A stretch of DNA of 64,000 nt, taken from positions 109,521-173,520 of the forward strand of contig JADYYY010000013.1 in the NCBI GenBank assembly GCA_020853395.1. The letters run 5' to 3'. This stretch comes from Acidobacteriota bacterium (lineage in GTDB: Bacteria; Acidobacteriota; Vicinamibacteria; Vicinamibacterales; SCN-69-37). The notes under the pieces were generated by a model. It ran no database searches. It was not told where the DNA came from and worked only from the letters and a program-made list of their open reading frames with translations. The first letter of the stretch is position 1. Each line of letters starts with the position of its first letter. This document shows, one piece after another, positions 56,486-64,000 of this stretch. The position numbers and the translations under genes are program-made.

Positions 56486-56800
56486 TCAAACGTTGATCGA
56501 CTTCACGCGCACGCGCGTGAGCAGGGTGCGGTGACCCTGCGTCTTGCGATACTGCTTCCGGCGCTTCATCTTGAACACGCGGATCTTCTTGCCCTTCGAC
56601 TGGGCTTCGACGACCCCGGTGACCGATGCGCCGGTCACGTAGGGTGTGCCGGTCATCACGTCGCCCGCATCGGTCTCGACGAGCAGCACCCGATCGAACG
56701 TGATCTCCGCGCCGGGTTCGGCCTCGAGCCGGTCCACGACGACCAGGATGCCTGGCTCCACCTTCTCCTGCCGACCGCCAGCTTCAACGATTGCGAACAT
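56486..56800 (-). CDS. rplU: 50S ribosomal protein L21
   Basis: MFAIVEAGGRQEKVEPG...KIRVFKMKRRKQYRKTQGHR. The start was trimmed to ATG 56800. Confidence 0.95.
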   Translation of the reverse strand: MFAIVEAGGRQEKVEPGILVVVDRLEAEPGAEITFDRVLLVETDAGDVMTGTPYVTGASVTGVVEAQSKGKKIRVFKMKRRKQYRKTQGHRTLLTRVRVKSINV

Positions 56801-56880
56801 GTCAGAAGACTCCACCGAGCGGCCGGAGCTGCGCCCTGGCGCCAGCACTCGCCCGTATTGAACCTACAAGACTAGCATTT

Positions 56881-57066
56881 GGGCAGGGCAAAGGGCAAAG
56901 GGCAGAGGGCAAAGGAAAGAGGGAAAAGGGAACAGGGGACAGGGGCGGGCAGCGGGGACAGGGGCAGACAGCGGGGACAGGGCGGGCAGCGGGGACAGGG
57001 GCGGACAGAGGGGACAGGGGGGCGGACAGAGAAAACAGGGGGCGGGCAGCGGGAAGAGGGGCGGGC
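56881..57066. repeat. 186-nt T-free G-tract block: GGGCAAA-type heptamers (56881-56915), then five ~19-nt units GGGGACAGGGGCGGRCAGM (56935-57030)
   Basis: Read directly. The plus strand contains no T over 186 nt and has more than 20 runs of three or more Gs. The block lies between the lipoprotein gene stop (57098) and the rplU start (56800). Confidence 0.9.
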
Positions 57067-57097
57067 TAGACGGAAGAAGAGCAGGGCCGCGCGGTGC

Positions 57098-57856
57098 CTA
57101 CTTCAGGAGCGTCCGCGTGCCTTTGATCTTCTGCGAGCTCAAGGTGTTGAGGAACGACGGCAGCAGCTTGTCCATCATCTCGAAGTAGGACGACAGCGCC
57201 GGCGTGTTCTGACCGGAGGCGTAGAGCGCTTCCTCGTGATAGGTCTCCGAGTACAGCTCCTTGCCGGTGCGTCCGTCGATGAACACGAACTTCGGCGTGA
57301 GCGCGTAGCCCTTGAGGTCGCTGTACTCCATCACCGACCGATAGGATTCCTGCCCCGACTGCGGATCGACGAACGCCTGCGGCTTCGTGACCATCCCGCT
57401 CTTGGAGACTTCCGCGAAGAGCACCGAGCCCGTGACGATGAGCGGGCCGTCGTAGTCGGCGGCGACCTGCTTCCAGAAACCCTCGTCCGAGAAGATCTGC
57501 TCGTAGTCCTTGATCTCGGCGTCGTTGAGGACCTTCGGTTCGGCGCTCGGCCGGGCCGCGGGCGTGCCGCGGCGCCGATCGACCTCTTCGACGAGCGACA
57601 GCACGTCGGCGTCGATGACGCGAAGGTCCTGCTTGTTCCGCAGTTGACTCCGCAGCAGCCGCGCGGTCTCGGTGTTCGGATCGATCGCGCGCGCGCCGCC
57701 GCTGAGGAAGCCGGCGACCAGCACGCGCTGGAACTTCGACACGTCGATCTTCGCCTGCACCGGAATCTCGACCGGCACGTCGTAGAACTTCAGGCAGCCG
57801 GACGCCGCCAGGCCGCAGACGAGGCTACTTATCGCGACGACGGTTCTGGCGGTCAT
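57098..57856 (-). CDS. Lipoprotein of unknown function
   Basis: ATG 57856 gives MTARTVVAISSLVCGLAASGC (lipobox). 252 aa. It overlaps the upstream TPR gene by 32 nt. The 316-aa ORF in the track fuses shadow sequence. Confidence 0.7.
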   Translation of the reverse strand: MTARTVVAISSLVCGLAASGCLKFYDVPVEIPVQAKIDVSKFQRVLVAGFLSGGARAIDPNTETARLLRSQLRNKQDLRVIDADVLSLVEEVDRRRGTPAARPSAEPKVLNDAEIKDYEQIFSDEGFWKQVAADYDGPLIVTGSVLFAEVSKSGMVTKPQAFVDPQSGQESYRSVMEYSDLKGYALTPKFVFIDGRTGKELYSETYHEEALYASGQNTPALSSYFEMMDKLLPSFLNTLSSQKIKGTRTLLK

Positions 57857-58172
57857 AGATCTCGCGGAACAGGTCGTAGTTGGATCGGACGAACGTATTG
57901 CCGGGATCGAGCTCCAGCGCCTTCTCGTACGCCTTCCGCGCGTCGTCGAATCGACCGAGCTGCTCGCGGCCGATGCCCAGGTTGTTCCAGGCTGCCGCGT
58001 AGCTCGGATCGAGCTCCACGGCCTGCTCCCATCGCGTCGTGGCTTCACGCCACAGGCCGCGCTGCGCGACGGCGATACCGAAGTCCACCTGCGCCTGCGC
58101 CTCCGATCGCTTGTCGGCGGCGGCCGGCGCGGCGAGCGCGAGAAGCACCACGGGAATCAACCAGAACCGCAT
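57825..58172 (-). CDS. Small secreted TPR repeat protein
   Basis: Signal peptide MRFWLIPVVLLALAAPAAA, followed by two to three TPR units (WEQAVELDPSYAAAWNNLG, AYEKALELDPGN). Confidence 0.75.
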   Translation of the reverse strand: MRFWLIPVVLLALAAPAAADKRSEAQAQVDFGIAVAQRGLWREATTRWEQAVELDPSYAAAWNNLGIGREQLGRFDDARKAYEKALELDPGNTFVRSNYDLFREIYDRQNRRRDK

Positions 58173-58320
58173 GGACTCGCTCCCACCCCACTATAACCCG
58201 TCGCCCGCGCGGGTTGCCGGGCGCCGGCGTAGAAAAATCTGCGACGGAATTCCGCCGGTGGCATTGCACATTTCGTCAATCCCCGCACCTAAGACGGCGA
58301 ACGGGCGGGGATGGACTGGC

Positions 58321-59481
58321 ATGTCGGCTGCAGGACCCGCGCCCGTGACTTCGCCGGCGACCATCCCGCCAGCCGCCCGGGCGTTCGTCGAGGCGTCGCT
58401 GCTCCGCCTGGGAGCCGACACCGTTGGGCCGCGGGTCTTTCAGGCATCGCTGTGGCCCAACGTCCGAGGGCAGGACCCGCCCGTGGAGCTGCTGGAGCGG
58501 TTGGCCGCGCTCATCGGCATTCCGGCCAGCGAGCGCCCGGCCAGAATCGGCGCGGCGCGCCGCGAGGCGGCCGAAGCGCTGGCCCGCACGGCGTCGTTGG
58601 GCCTGACGCTCCTCGCGCGCACCGACGGACGATACCCGGCGCTCCTGTCGGAAGTCGTGGATCCGCCGCTCGCGCTGTGGGCCGACGGAGACGTCTCGCT
58701 CCTTGGCCGGCCGTCGGTCGCGATTGTCGGGTCCCGCCGTGCCTCCACGATCGGCCTGGAGATCGCACGGCGGTTGGCTGCCGGCCTGGCCGAGGCCGGG
58801 CTCGTGGTCGTCAGCGGCATGGCGCTCGGCATCGACGGCGCCGCGCACCGTGCGGCGCTGGAGGCGGGCGGGCCCACCATCGCGGTACTGGGTAGCGGCG
58901 CCGACACGCCCTACCCTCGACAGCATGCCGACTTGAAGCACGCCATTGCCCGTCACGGCGTGGTCGTGACGGAATTTCCCCCGGGCACACGCCCGTTCGC
59001 CAGCCATTTCCCGCTGCGGAACCGGATCATCAGCGGCCTGTCTTTGGCAACGGTCGTCGTCGAGGCGTCGGAGCGGAGCGGGTCGCTGATCACCGCGAGA
59101 GGAGCGCTCGAGCAGGGGCGGGAGGTCTTGGCGGTCCCGGGAAATGCCCTGTCCGGAAGCTACCGGGGAGCCCATGCGCTCATAAAGGATGGCGCCGGAC
59201 TGGTCGAGACTGTGGAGGACGTCCTCGCGGCCATCGGCTGGGCGGCTTCCGAAACGTCGGGCCGGAAGCCGGTATCCAACTTATTGACAGATGGACAGTT
59301 ATCGGTTGACATGCCCGTCGGTCAGCCCATGACCGCAGACGAGCTGGCCCTGCGGACGGGCCGGCCGGTGGCCGAGTGGCTGGCCGAGCTCGGGGTGCTC
59401 GAGCTCGAAGGTCAGGTGGTCAGGACGACGGGCGGTCTGTTCGTCAGGCTTGACGGACCTGCTACCAATAGGAAGAGATAA
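58321..59481 (+). CDS. dprA: DNA-processing protein DprA
   Basis: VAIVGSRRAS, VVSGMALGIDGAAHRAAL, FPLRNRIISGLS and GSLITA motifs. Starts at ATG 58321. Confidence 0.9.
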   Translation: MSAAGPAPVTSPATIPPAARAFVEASLLRLGADTVGPRVFQASLWPNVRGQDPPVELLERLAALIGIPASERPARIGAARREAAEALARTASLGLTLLARTDGRYPALLSEVVDPPLALWADGDVSLLGRPSVAIVGSRRASTIGLEIARRLAAGLAEAGLVVVSGMALGIDGAAHRAALEAGGPTIAVLGSGADTPYPRQHADLKHAIARHGVVVTEFPPGTRPFASHFPLRNRIISGLSLATVVVEASERSGSLITARGALEQGREVLAVPGNALSGSYRGAHALIKDGAGLVETVEDVLAAIGWAASETSGRKPVSNLLTDGQLSVDMPVGQPMTADELALRTGRPVAEWLAELGVLELEGQVVRTTGGLFVRLDGPATNRKR

Positions 59482-59507
59482 GGGACGGAAAGGAACGGTT
59501 GAGGTTC

Positions 59508-61952
59508 ATGGCGAAGGCCGTCGTGATCGTCGAGTCGCCGGCGAAGGCGAAGACGATTAACAAATATCTCGGGCGAGATTTCAAGGTCATCGCGTCGATG
59601 GGGCACGTCCGTGACCTGCCCAAGAGCAGGCTGGGTGTCGACGTCGACGGCGGGTTCCAGCCGGAGTACGTCGTCCTTCCCGATCGGCAGAAGGTGCTCA
59701 AGGAGCTGAAGGACGCGACCAAGGCCGCCGAGCAGGTCTACGTCGCGACCGACCCGGATCGGGAGGGTGAGGCGATCGGCTGGCACCTGGCCGAGGAGCT
59801 CGGGGCACCCAGGCAGAAGGTCCAGCGCCTGATGTTCAACGAGATCACGAAGAAAGCCATCCTGGACGCCATCAAGCATCCAGGTGAAATCGACATGAAG
59901 ATGGTCGATGCCCAGCAGGCCCGCCGGGTGCTCGATCGTCTGGTCGGCTACAAGATCAGCCCGATCCTCTGGGACAAGGTCCGCCGGGGGCTGAGCGCGG
60001 GCCGCGTGCAGTCGGTGGCGCTGAAGCTCGTCTGCGACCGCGAGCGCGAGATCGAAGCGTTCGTGCCGGAGGAGTACTGGCACATCACTGCGCGGCTGGC
60101 GGGCCCGGAGCCGCCGGAGTTCGACGCACGGCTCATGCGGAGGGGCGATCAGCCCATCAGAATCGGCCGCGAGGCCGAGGCGAGCGCCGTCCTCGACGAC
60201 TTGAAGCGCGCGACGTTCGTGGTCTCGTCCATCGCGACGAAGGAACGCCGCCGGCACGCCGTGCCGCCGTTCATCACGAGCAAGCTGCAGCAGGCGTCCA
60301 GGTTTCCGGTCAAGAAGACCATGATGGTCGCGCAGCAGTTGTACGAGGGCATCCAGCTTCCGAACGAAGATGCACCCGTCGGACTGATCACCTACATGCG
60401 CACCGACTCGGTGCGGGTGGCCGACCAGGCATTGGAGGAGGCGCGCGAGTACATCGGCAGGGCCTACGGCGCCCCTTACGTGCCCGAGCAGGCCAATCGG
60501 TACCGCCTCAAGGCCACGGCCCAGGACGCGCACGAGGCGATCCGGCCGACGTCCATGGCCCATCACCCGGATGTCGTGCGGCCGCACCTCACCGCCGACC
60601 AGTACTACCTCTATCGGCTCATCTGGAATCGCTTCGTCGCCTCGCAGATGACGCCGGCGCTCTTCGACGACACGACCGTGGACATCACGGCGGGCGAGTA
60701 CCTGTTCCGCGCCAAGGGATCGGTGCCGAAGTTCGCCGGGTGGCTCGCCGTCTATCAGGGCACGGAGGCCGACGAGAGCGAGCGGACGGAGCGTCCCGCG
60801 CCCGGCGCCCAGCCGGCCGAGGCCGAGGACGAGTCGCCGGCGAGCGGTGTGCTGCCCGTGCTCTCGGAGGGGCAATCCCTGGACGTGCGGGCGATCACGC
60901 CCGAGCAGAAGTTCACGCAGCCGCCGCCGCGGTACAACGAGGGGTCGCTCGTCAAGGCGCTCGAGGAGAACGGCATCGGCCGGCCCAGCACCTACGCCTC
61001 GATCATCGGCGTGCTGCAGGCGCGCGATTACGTCAACAAGGTGGAAGGGCGCTTCCGGCCGACCGTCCTCGGCCGTCGTCTCGTCGATCGGCTCCTGCAC
61101 CCGGCGTTCGACGACATCCTCGACGTGGAGTACACGGCCAGGATGGAAGACCGGCTCGACGACATCGAGAAAGGCAAGGCCGATTACGGCGAGACGCTGT
61201 CGGCCTTCTACAAGAGCTTCGTGAAGGACCTCCGCCGCGCCGAAGCGGAGATGCCCAACTTCAAGGAAGGGCAGCCGACGGGCCTCGCCTGCGACAAGTG
61301 CGGACAGGGCGAGATGCTCGAGAAAGCCGGCAAGTTCGGCATCTTCCTCGCCTGCAGCCGCTATCCAGACTGCGACAACACGAAGGAGATCGAGCCGGCC
61401 GACGCCTCGGCCGACGAGCTCGACGAGACGTGCGAGAACTGCGGCCGGCCGATGGTGGCCAAACGGGGCCGGTTCGGCATGTTCCTGGCCTGCACCGGCT
61501 ATCCCGAGTGCAAGACGACGCGCAAGATCATCACGACGAAGCAGGGCGTGACGGCGGCCAAACCGGATCAGTTGCTCGACGAGCCCTGCCCGAACTGCGG
61601 CCGGCAGCTCGTCGTGAAGCAGGGACGCTTCGGGGAGTTCACGGCGTGCAGCGGCTACCCGGAGTGCAAGTACGTCAAGCAGAAGTCCACCGGCGTGCGC
61701 TGCCCCAAGGACGGCGGCGACATCGTCGAGCGCAAATCGCGCCGCGGCAAGGTGTTCTACGGGTGCGCCAACTACCCGAAGTGCGATTTCACGCTCTGGA
61801 ACAAGCCGATCGCCGAGCCCTGTCCGAAGTGCGGCGCCGCGTTCCTGACCGAGAAGATCACGAAGCGTCACGGCCGGCAACTGATCTGCGCGAACGAGTC
61901 GTGCGACTACGTGCGCAGTGAGGAGCTGCAGGAAGCCGCCGCGGTGTCGTAG
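59508..61952 (+). CDS. topA: DNA topoisomerase I with four C-terminal zinc-ribbon repeats
   Basis: The Toprim N-terminus is AVVIVESPAKAKTINKYLG and ATDPDREGEAI. The active-site region reads LITYMRTDS. The repeats are CxxC...CxxxxxC. TTG 59499 is an alternative start. Confidence 0.96.
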   Translation: MAKAVVIVESPAKAKTINKYLGRDFKVIASMGHVRDLPKSRLGVDVDGGFQPEYVVLPDRQKVLKELKDATKAAEQVYVATDPDREGEAIGWHLAEELGAPRQKVQRLMFNEITKKAILDAIKHPGEIDMKMVDAQQARRVLDRLVGYKISPILWDKVRRGLSAGRVQSVALKLVCDREREIEAFVPEEYWHITARLAGPEPPEFDARLMRRGDQPIRIGREAEASAVLDDLKRATFVVSSIATKERRRHAVPPFITSKLQQASRFPVKKTMMVAQQLYEGIQLPNEDAPVGLITYMRTDSVRVADQALEEAREYIGRAYGAPYVPEQANRYRLKATAQDAHEAIRPTSMAHHPDVVRPHLTADQYYLYRLIWNRFVASQMTPALFDDTTVDITAGEYLFRAKGSVPKFAGWLAVYQGTEADESERTERPAPGAQPAEAEDESPASGVLPVLSEGQSLDVRAITPEQKFTQPPPRYNEGSLVKALEENGIGRPSTYASIIGVLQARDYVNKVEGRFRPTVLGRRLVDRLLHPAFDDILDVEYTARMEDRLDDIEKGKADYGETLSAFYKSFVKDLRRAEAEMPNFKEGQPTGLACDKCGQGEMLEKAGKFGIFLACSRYPDCDNTKEIEPADASADELDETCENCGRPMVAKRGRFGMFLACTGYPECKTTRKIITTKQGVTAAKPDQLLDEPCPNCGRQLVVKQGRFGEFTACSGYPECKYVKQKSTGVRCPKDGGDIVERKSRRGKVFYGCANYPKCDFTLWNKPIAEPCPKCGAAFLTEKITKRHGRQLICANESCDYVRSEELQEAAAVS

Positions 61953-61975
61953 CCGCGGCAGCGTATCATTCCGAC

Positions 61976-63364
61976 ATGGTGCACATCGTCGGCGGCGGCC
62001 TCGCCGGCGCAGAAGCCGCGTGGCAGGCCGCGTCGACGGGCGTGCCGGTCACGCTGTACGAGATGCGGCCGGCGACGCCGACGGCAGTACACAAGACCGG
62101 CGACCTCGCCGAGCTCGTGTGCAGCAACTCGTTTCGCGGCGACAAGCTCGACAACGCGGTCGGCCTGCTGAAGGAAGAGATGCGCCGGCTCGGCTCGCTG
62201 GTCATGCGCGTGGCCGATCGCGTCCGCGTGCCGGCCGGCGCCGCGCTGGCGGTCGATCGCGAGCAGTTCGCGCGCGGCGTGACCGAGATGGTCGAAGGCC
62301 AGCCGCTCATCCGCATCGAGCGGCGCGAGATCGCGGCCATCCCGTTGCCGGTCGACGATGCGCCGGTGGTGCTGGCGACCGGACCGTTGACGTCGGCGGT
62401 GCTGTCGGCCGACATCGCCGCGTTCACCGGGCACGAGCACCTGGCGTTCTTCGACGCGATCAGCCCGATCGTGCTGGCCGAGAGCCTCGACTACGAGAAG
62501 GTGTTTCGGGCCTCGCGCTGGAACCGGAGCTTGCGAGGCAACGGCGTCGAGGACGCGGGCGTCGATGGCGACTACCTGAACTGTCCGATGACGCGCGACG
62601 AGTACCGCGCGTTTCACCAGGCGATCGTCGCGGCCGAGAAGGCCGCGGTGCACGATTTCGACAACACGACCTTCTTCGAAGGCTGCCTGCCGATCGAGGT
62701 GCTGGCGCACCGCGGCGTCGAGACGCTGCGCTTCGGGCCGATGAAAGCCGCCGGATTGATCGACCCGCGCACCCAGCAGCGCCCGTACGCCGTCGTCCAG
62801 TTGCGGCAGGACAACCTCGCCGCCGATCACTTCAGCCTCGTGGGGTTCCAGACGCAGTTGAAATGGAGCGAGCAGGCTCGCGTGCTGCGGATGATCCCCG
62901 GCCTGGAGCGCGCCGAGTTCGTGCGCTTCGGCATGATCCACCGCAACACGTACATCAACGGCCCCGCGGTGCTGACCGACACGTGGCAATCGCGCCGCCG
63001 GCCTCGCCTGTTCTTCGCCGGCCAGGTGTCGGGCGTCGAAGGCTACGTCGAGTCGGCGGCCTCGGGCCTCATCGCCGGGCGCAACGCGGCGCGCCTGAGC
63101 CTCGGGCTCGCGCCGGCGGCGCCGCCGCGGACGACCGCCATCGGCGCGTTGGGCTACTACGTGTCGCATGCCGAGCCGCGTCACTACGCGCCGTCGAACA
63201 TCACCTTCGGCATCATGCCGCCGCTCGAGACGCCGCCGCGCAGCCGCCAGGAGCGTCAGCTCGCGATGAGCGCGCGGGCGCTCCGCGATCTCGATGACTG
63301 GCAGCGCGAGCTCGACGCGTCGGCGCCGGCGGTTCGGCCGGCTGGTCCGATGGCGCAGGTCTAG
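61976..63364 (+). CDS. trmFO: Methylenetetrahydrofolate--tRNA-(uracil-5-)-methyltransferase
   Basis: VHIVGGGLAGAEAAWQ FAD motif, plus ELVCSNSFR and FAGQVSGVEGYVESAASG. Confidence 0.95.
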   Translation: MVHIVGGGLAGAEAAWQAASTGVPVTLYEMRPATPTAVHKTGDLAELVCSNSFRGDKLDNAVGLLKEEMRRLGSLVMRVADRVRVPAGAALAVDREQFARGVTEMVEGQPLIRIERREIAAIPLPVDDAPVVLATGPLTSAVLSADIAAFTGHEHLAFFDAISPIVLAESLDYEKVFRASRWNRSLRGNGVEDAGVDGDYLNCPMTRDEYRAFHQAIVAAEKAAVHDFDNTTFFEGCLPIEVLAHRGVETLRFGPMKAAGLIDPRTQQRPYAVVQLRQDNLAADHFSLVGFQTQLKWSEQARVLRMIPGLERAEFVRFGMIHRNTYINGPAVLTDTWQSRRRPRLFFAGQVSGVEGYVESAASGLIAGRNAARLSLGLAPAAPPRTTAIGALGYYVSHAEPRHYAPSNITFGIMPPLETPPRSRQERQLAMSARALRDLDDWQRELDASAPAVRPAGPMAQV

Positions 63365-63367
63365 CCG

Positions 63368-64000
63368 GTGCTGCGCGACGCCATCCGCGGGTTCCTCGCG
63401 TTCCTGCGCCTGAACCGGAACGTCTCACCGCACACGCTGCGCGCGTACGACACCGACCTCTCGCAGTTCCTGGCGTCCGTCGCGCGCCGCGCTGGCTGCC
63501 GCGTCAGCGACGTGCCGCTCGGCGCGTTCGACACCGAGGCGGTCCGCGAGTTCTTGGCGGAGCTTCACGATCGCGGCCTCGGGCGCTCGTCGGCGGCGCG
63601 GCATCTGGCGGCGCTGCGCACGTTCGCCCGCTATCTCATCCGCGAGGAATCGATCGCCGAGGATCCGACGGCGCTCGTCGGCACGCCGCGGTCGCGGCAG
63701 CCGCTTCCCGAGCACCTGCCCGCCGACGAAGTCACCCGTCTGCTCGACGCCGCCGATCTGTCGACAGCGCAGGGACGCCGCGACCAGGCGATCCTCGAGC
63801 TGTTCTACGCGTCGGGCCTCCGCCTCAGCGAGCTGGCGGGGCTCGATCTCGGAGACGTGAATCTGGCCGGCAGGATTGCCCGCGTGCGGGGGAAAGGCGG
63901 CAAGGAACGGCTGGTGCCGTTCAATCGCACGACGGCCGAGGCGATCCGTCGCATGCTGCAGGATCCAGCTCCGGCCCCGCCGGTTCGGCCGCGCGCGTCC
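63368..64000 (+). CDS. xerC: Tyrosine recombinase XerC/XerD family (partial; 3' end beyond the window)
   Basis: The frame from GTG 63368 is open to the window end. The SAM-like N-domain reads FLAFLRLNRNVSPHTLRAYDTDLSQF. The start of the catalytic domain reads RRDQAILELFYASGLRLSELAGL...RGKGGKER. It is not in the ORF track because no stop is present. Confidence 0.85.
   Translation, partial: MLRDAIRGFLAFLRLNRNVSPHTLRAYDTDLSQFLASVARRAGCRVSDVPLGAFDTEAVREFLAELHDRGLGRSSAARHLAALRTFARYLIREESIAEDPTALVGTPRSRQPLPEHLPADEVTRLLDAADLSTAQGRRDQAILELFYASGLRLSELAGLDLGDVNLAGRIARVRGKGGKERLVPFNRTTAEAIRRMLQDPAPAPPVRPRAS

Noticed and set aside
57098-58048. A single 316-aa ORF spanning 57098-58048.
   Set aside because: Its first 64 codons are Arg/Ser-rich and overlap, out of frame, a clear TPR gene (57825-58172). 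The lipoprotein signal MTARTVVAISSLVCGLAASGC marks the real start at 57856.
63368-64000. Tyrosine recombinase as a marker of an integrated mobile element.
   Set aside because: It sits in the conserved dprA-topA-trmFO-xerC housekeeping block. The window shows no att-like repeats, tRNA, or phage or ICE genes.

Overview
This is a 64-kb, gene-dense, high-GC bacterial chromosomal segment. Hand counts on a few 60-nt lines give about 70% GC. I call about 58 protein genes on both strands. I found no rRNA, tRNA, CRISPR array, transposase or prophage gene. Taxonomy is an inference: probably Acidobacteriota. The basis is an acidobacterial-type VWFA protein, a PadR regulator translationally coupled to a duplicated FtsX-type 'ADOP' permease, two glycine-tailed RRM RNA-binding proteins, and many secreted or TPR hypotheticals. 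Housekeeping content includes yajQ, xylA-xylB, argG, a DUF2520(PanG-like)-panC-panB cluster, ispG, mtgA, uvrA, lpxC, lysA-tmk, comF, rsfS-nadD-obg-rpmA-rplU, and dprA-topA-trmFO-xerC. The most unusual loci are these. (1) A minus-strand locus at 32.9-40.3 kb holds a repeat-tailed S8 protease, then a near-consensus sigma-54 promoter, then a membrane HD-GYP/GAF protein, then an orphan coding remnant, then a 911-aa sigma-54 activator with a TPR-like N-terminus. Part of this locus lies in a lower-GC patch whose boundary falls inside the activator gene. (2) A glyco locus at 13.3-19.5 kb holds a small charged ORF, a B12-binding radical SAM enzyme, an orphan GDP-fucose synthase, two GT2 glycosyltransferases and a 354-aa protein with duplicated YjbQ-like motifs. 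(3) An ECF sigma - STAS - 98-aa protein operon has no recognisable anti-sigma factor or kinase. (4) A family of short tandem repeats sits in intergenic regions. It includes GGGCAAA heptamer arrays that form the arms of a roughly 580-bp inverted-repeat element, a 186-nt T-free G-tract block upstream of rplU, and 9-bp arrays in two promoter-proximal regions. All functional calls come from motif recognition by eye in the supplied translations. No database search was run.
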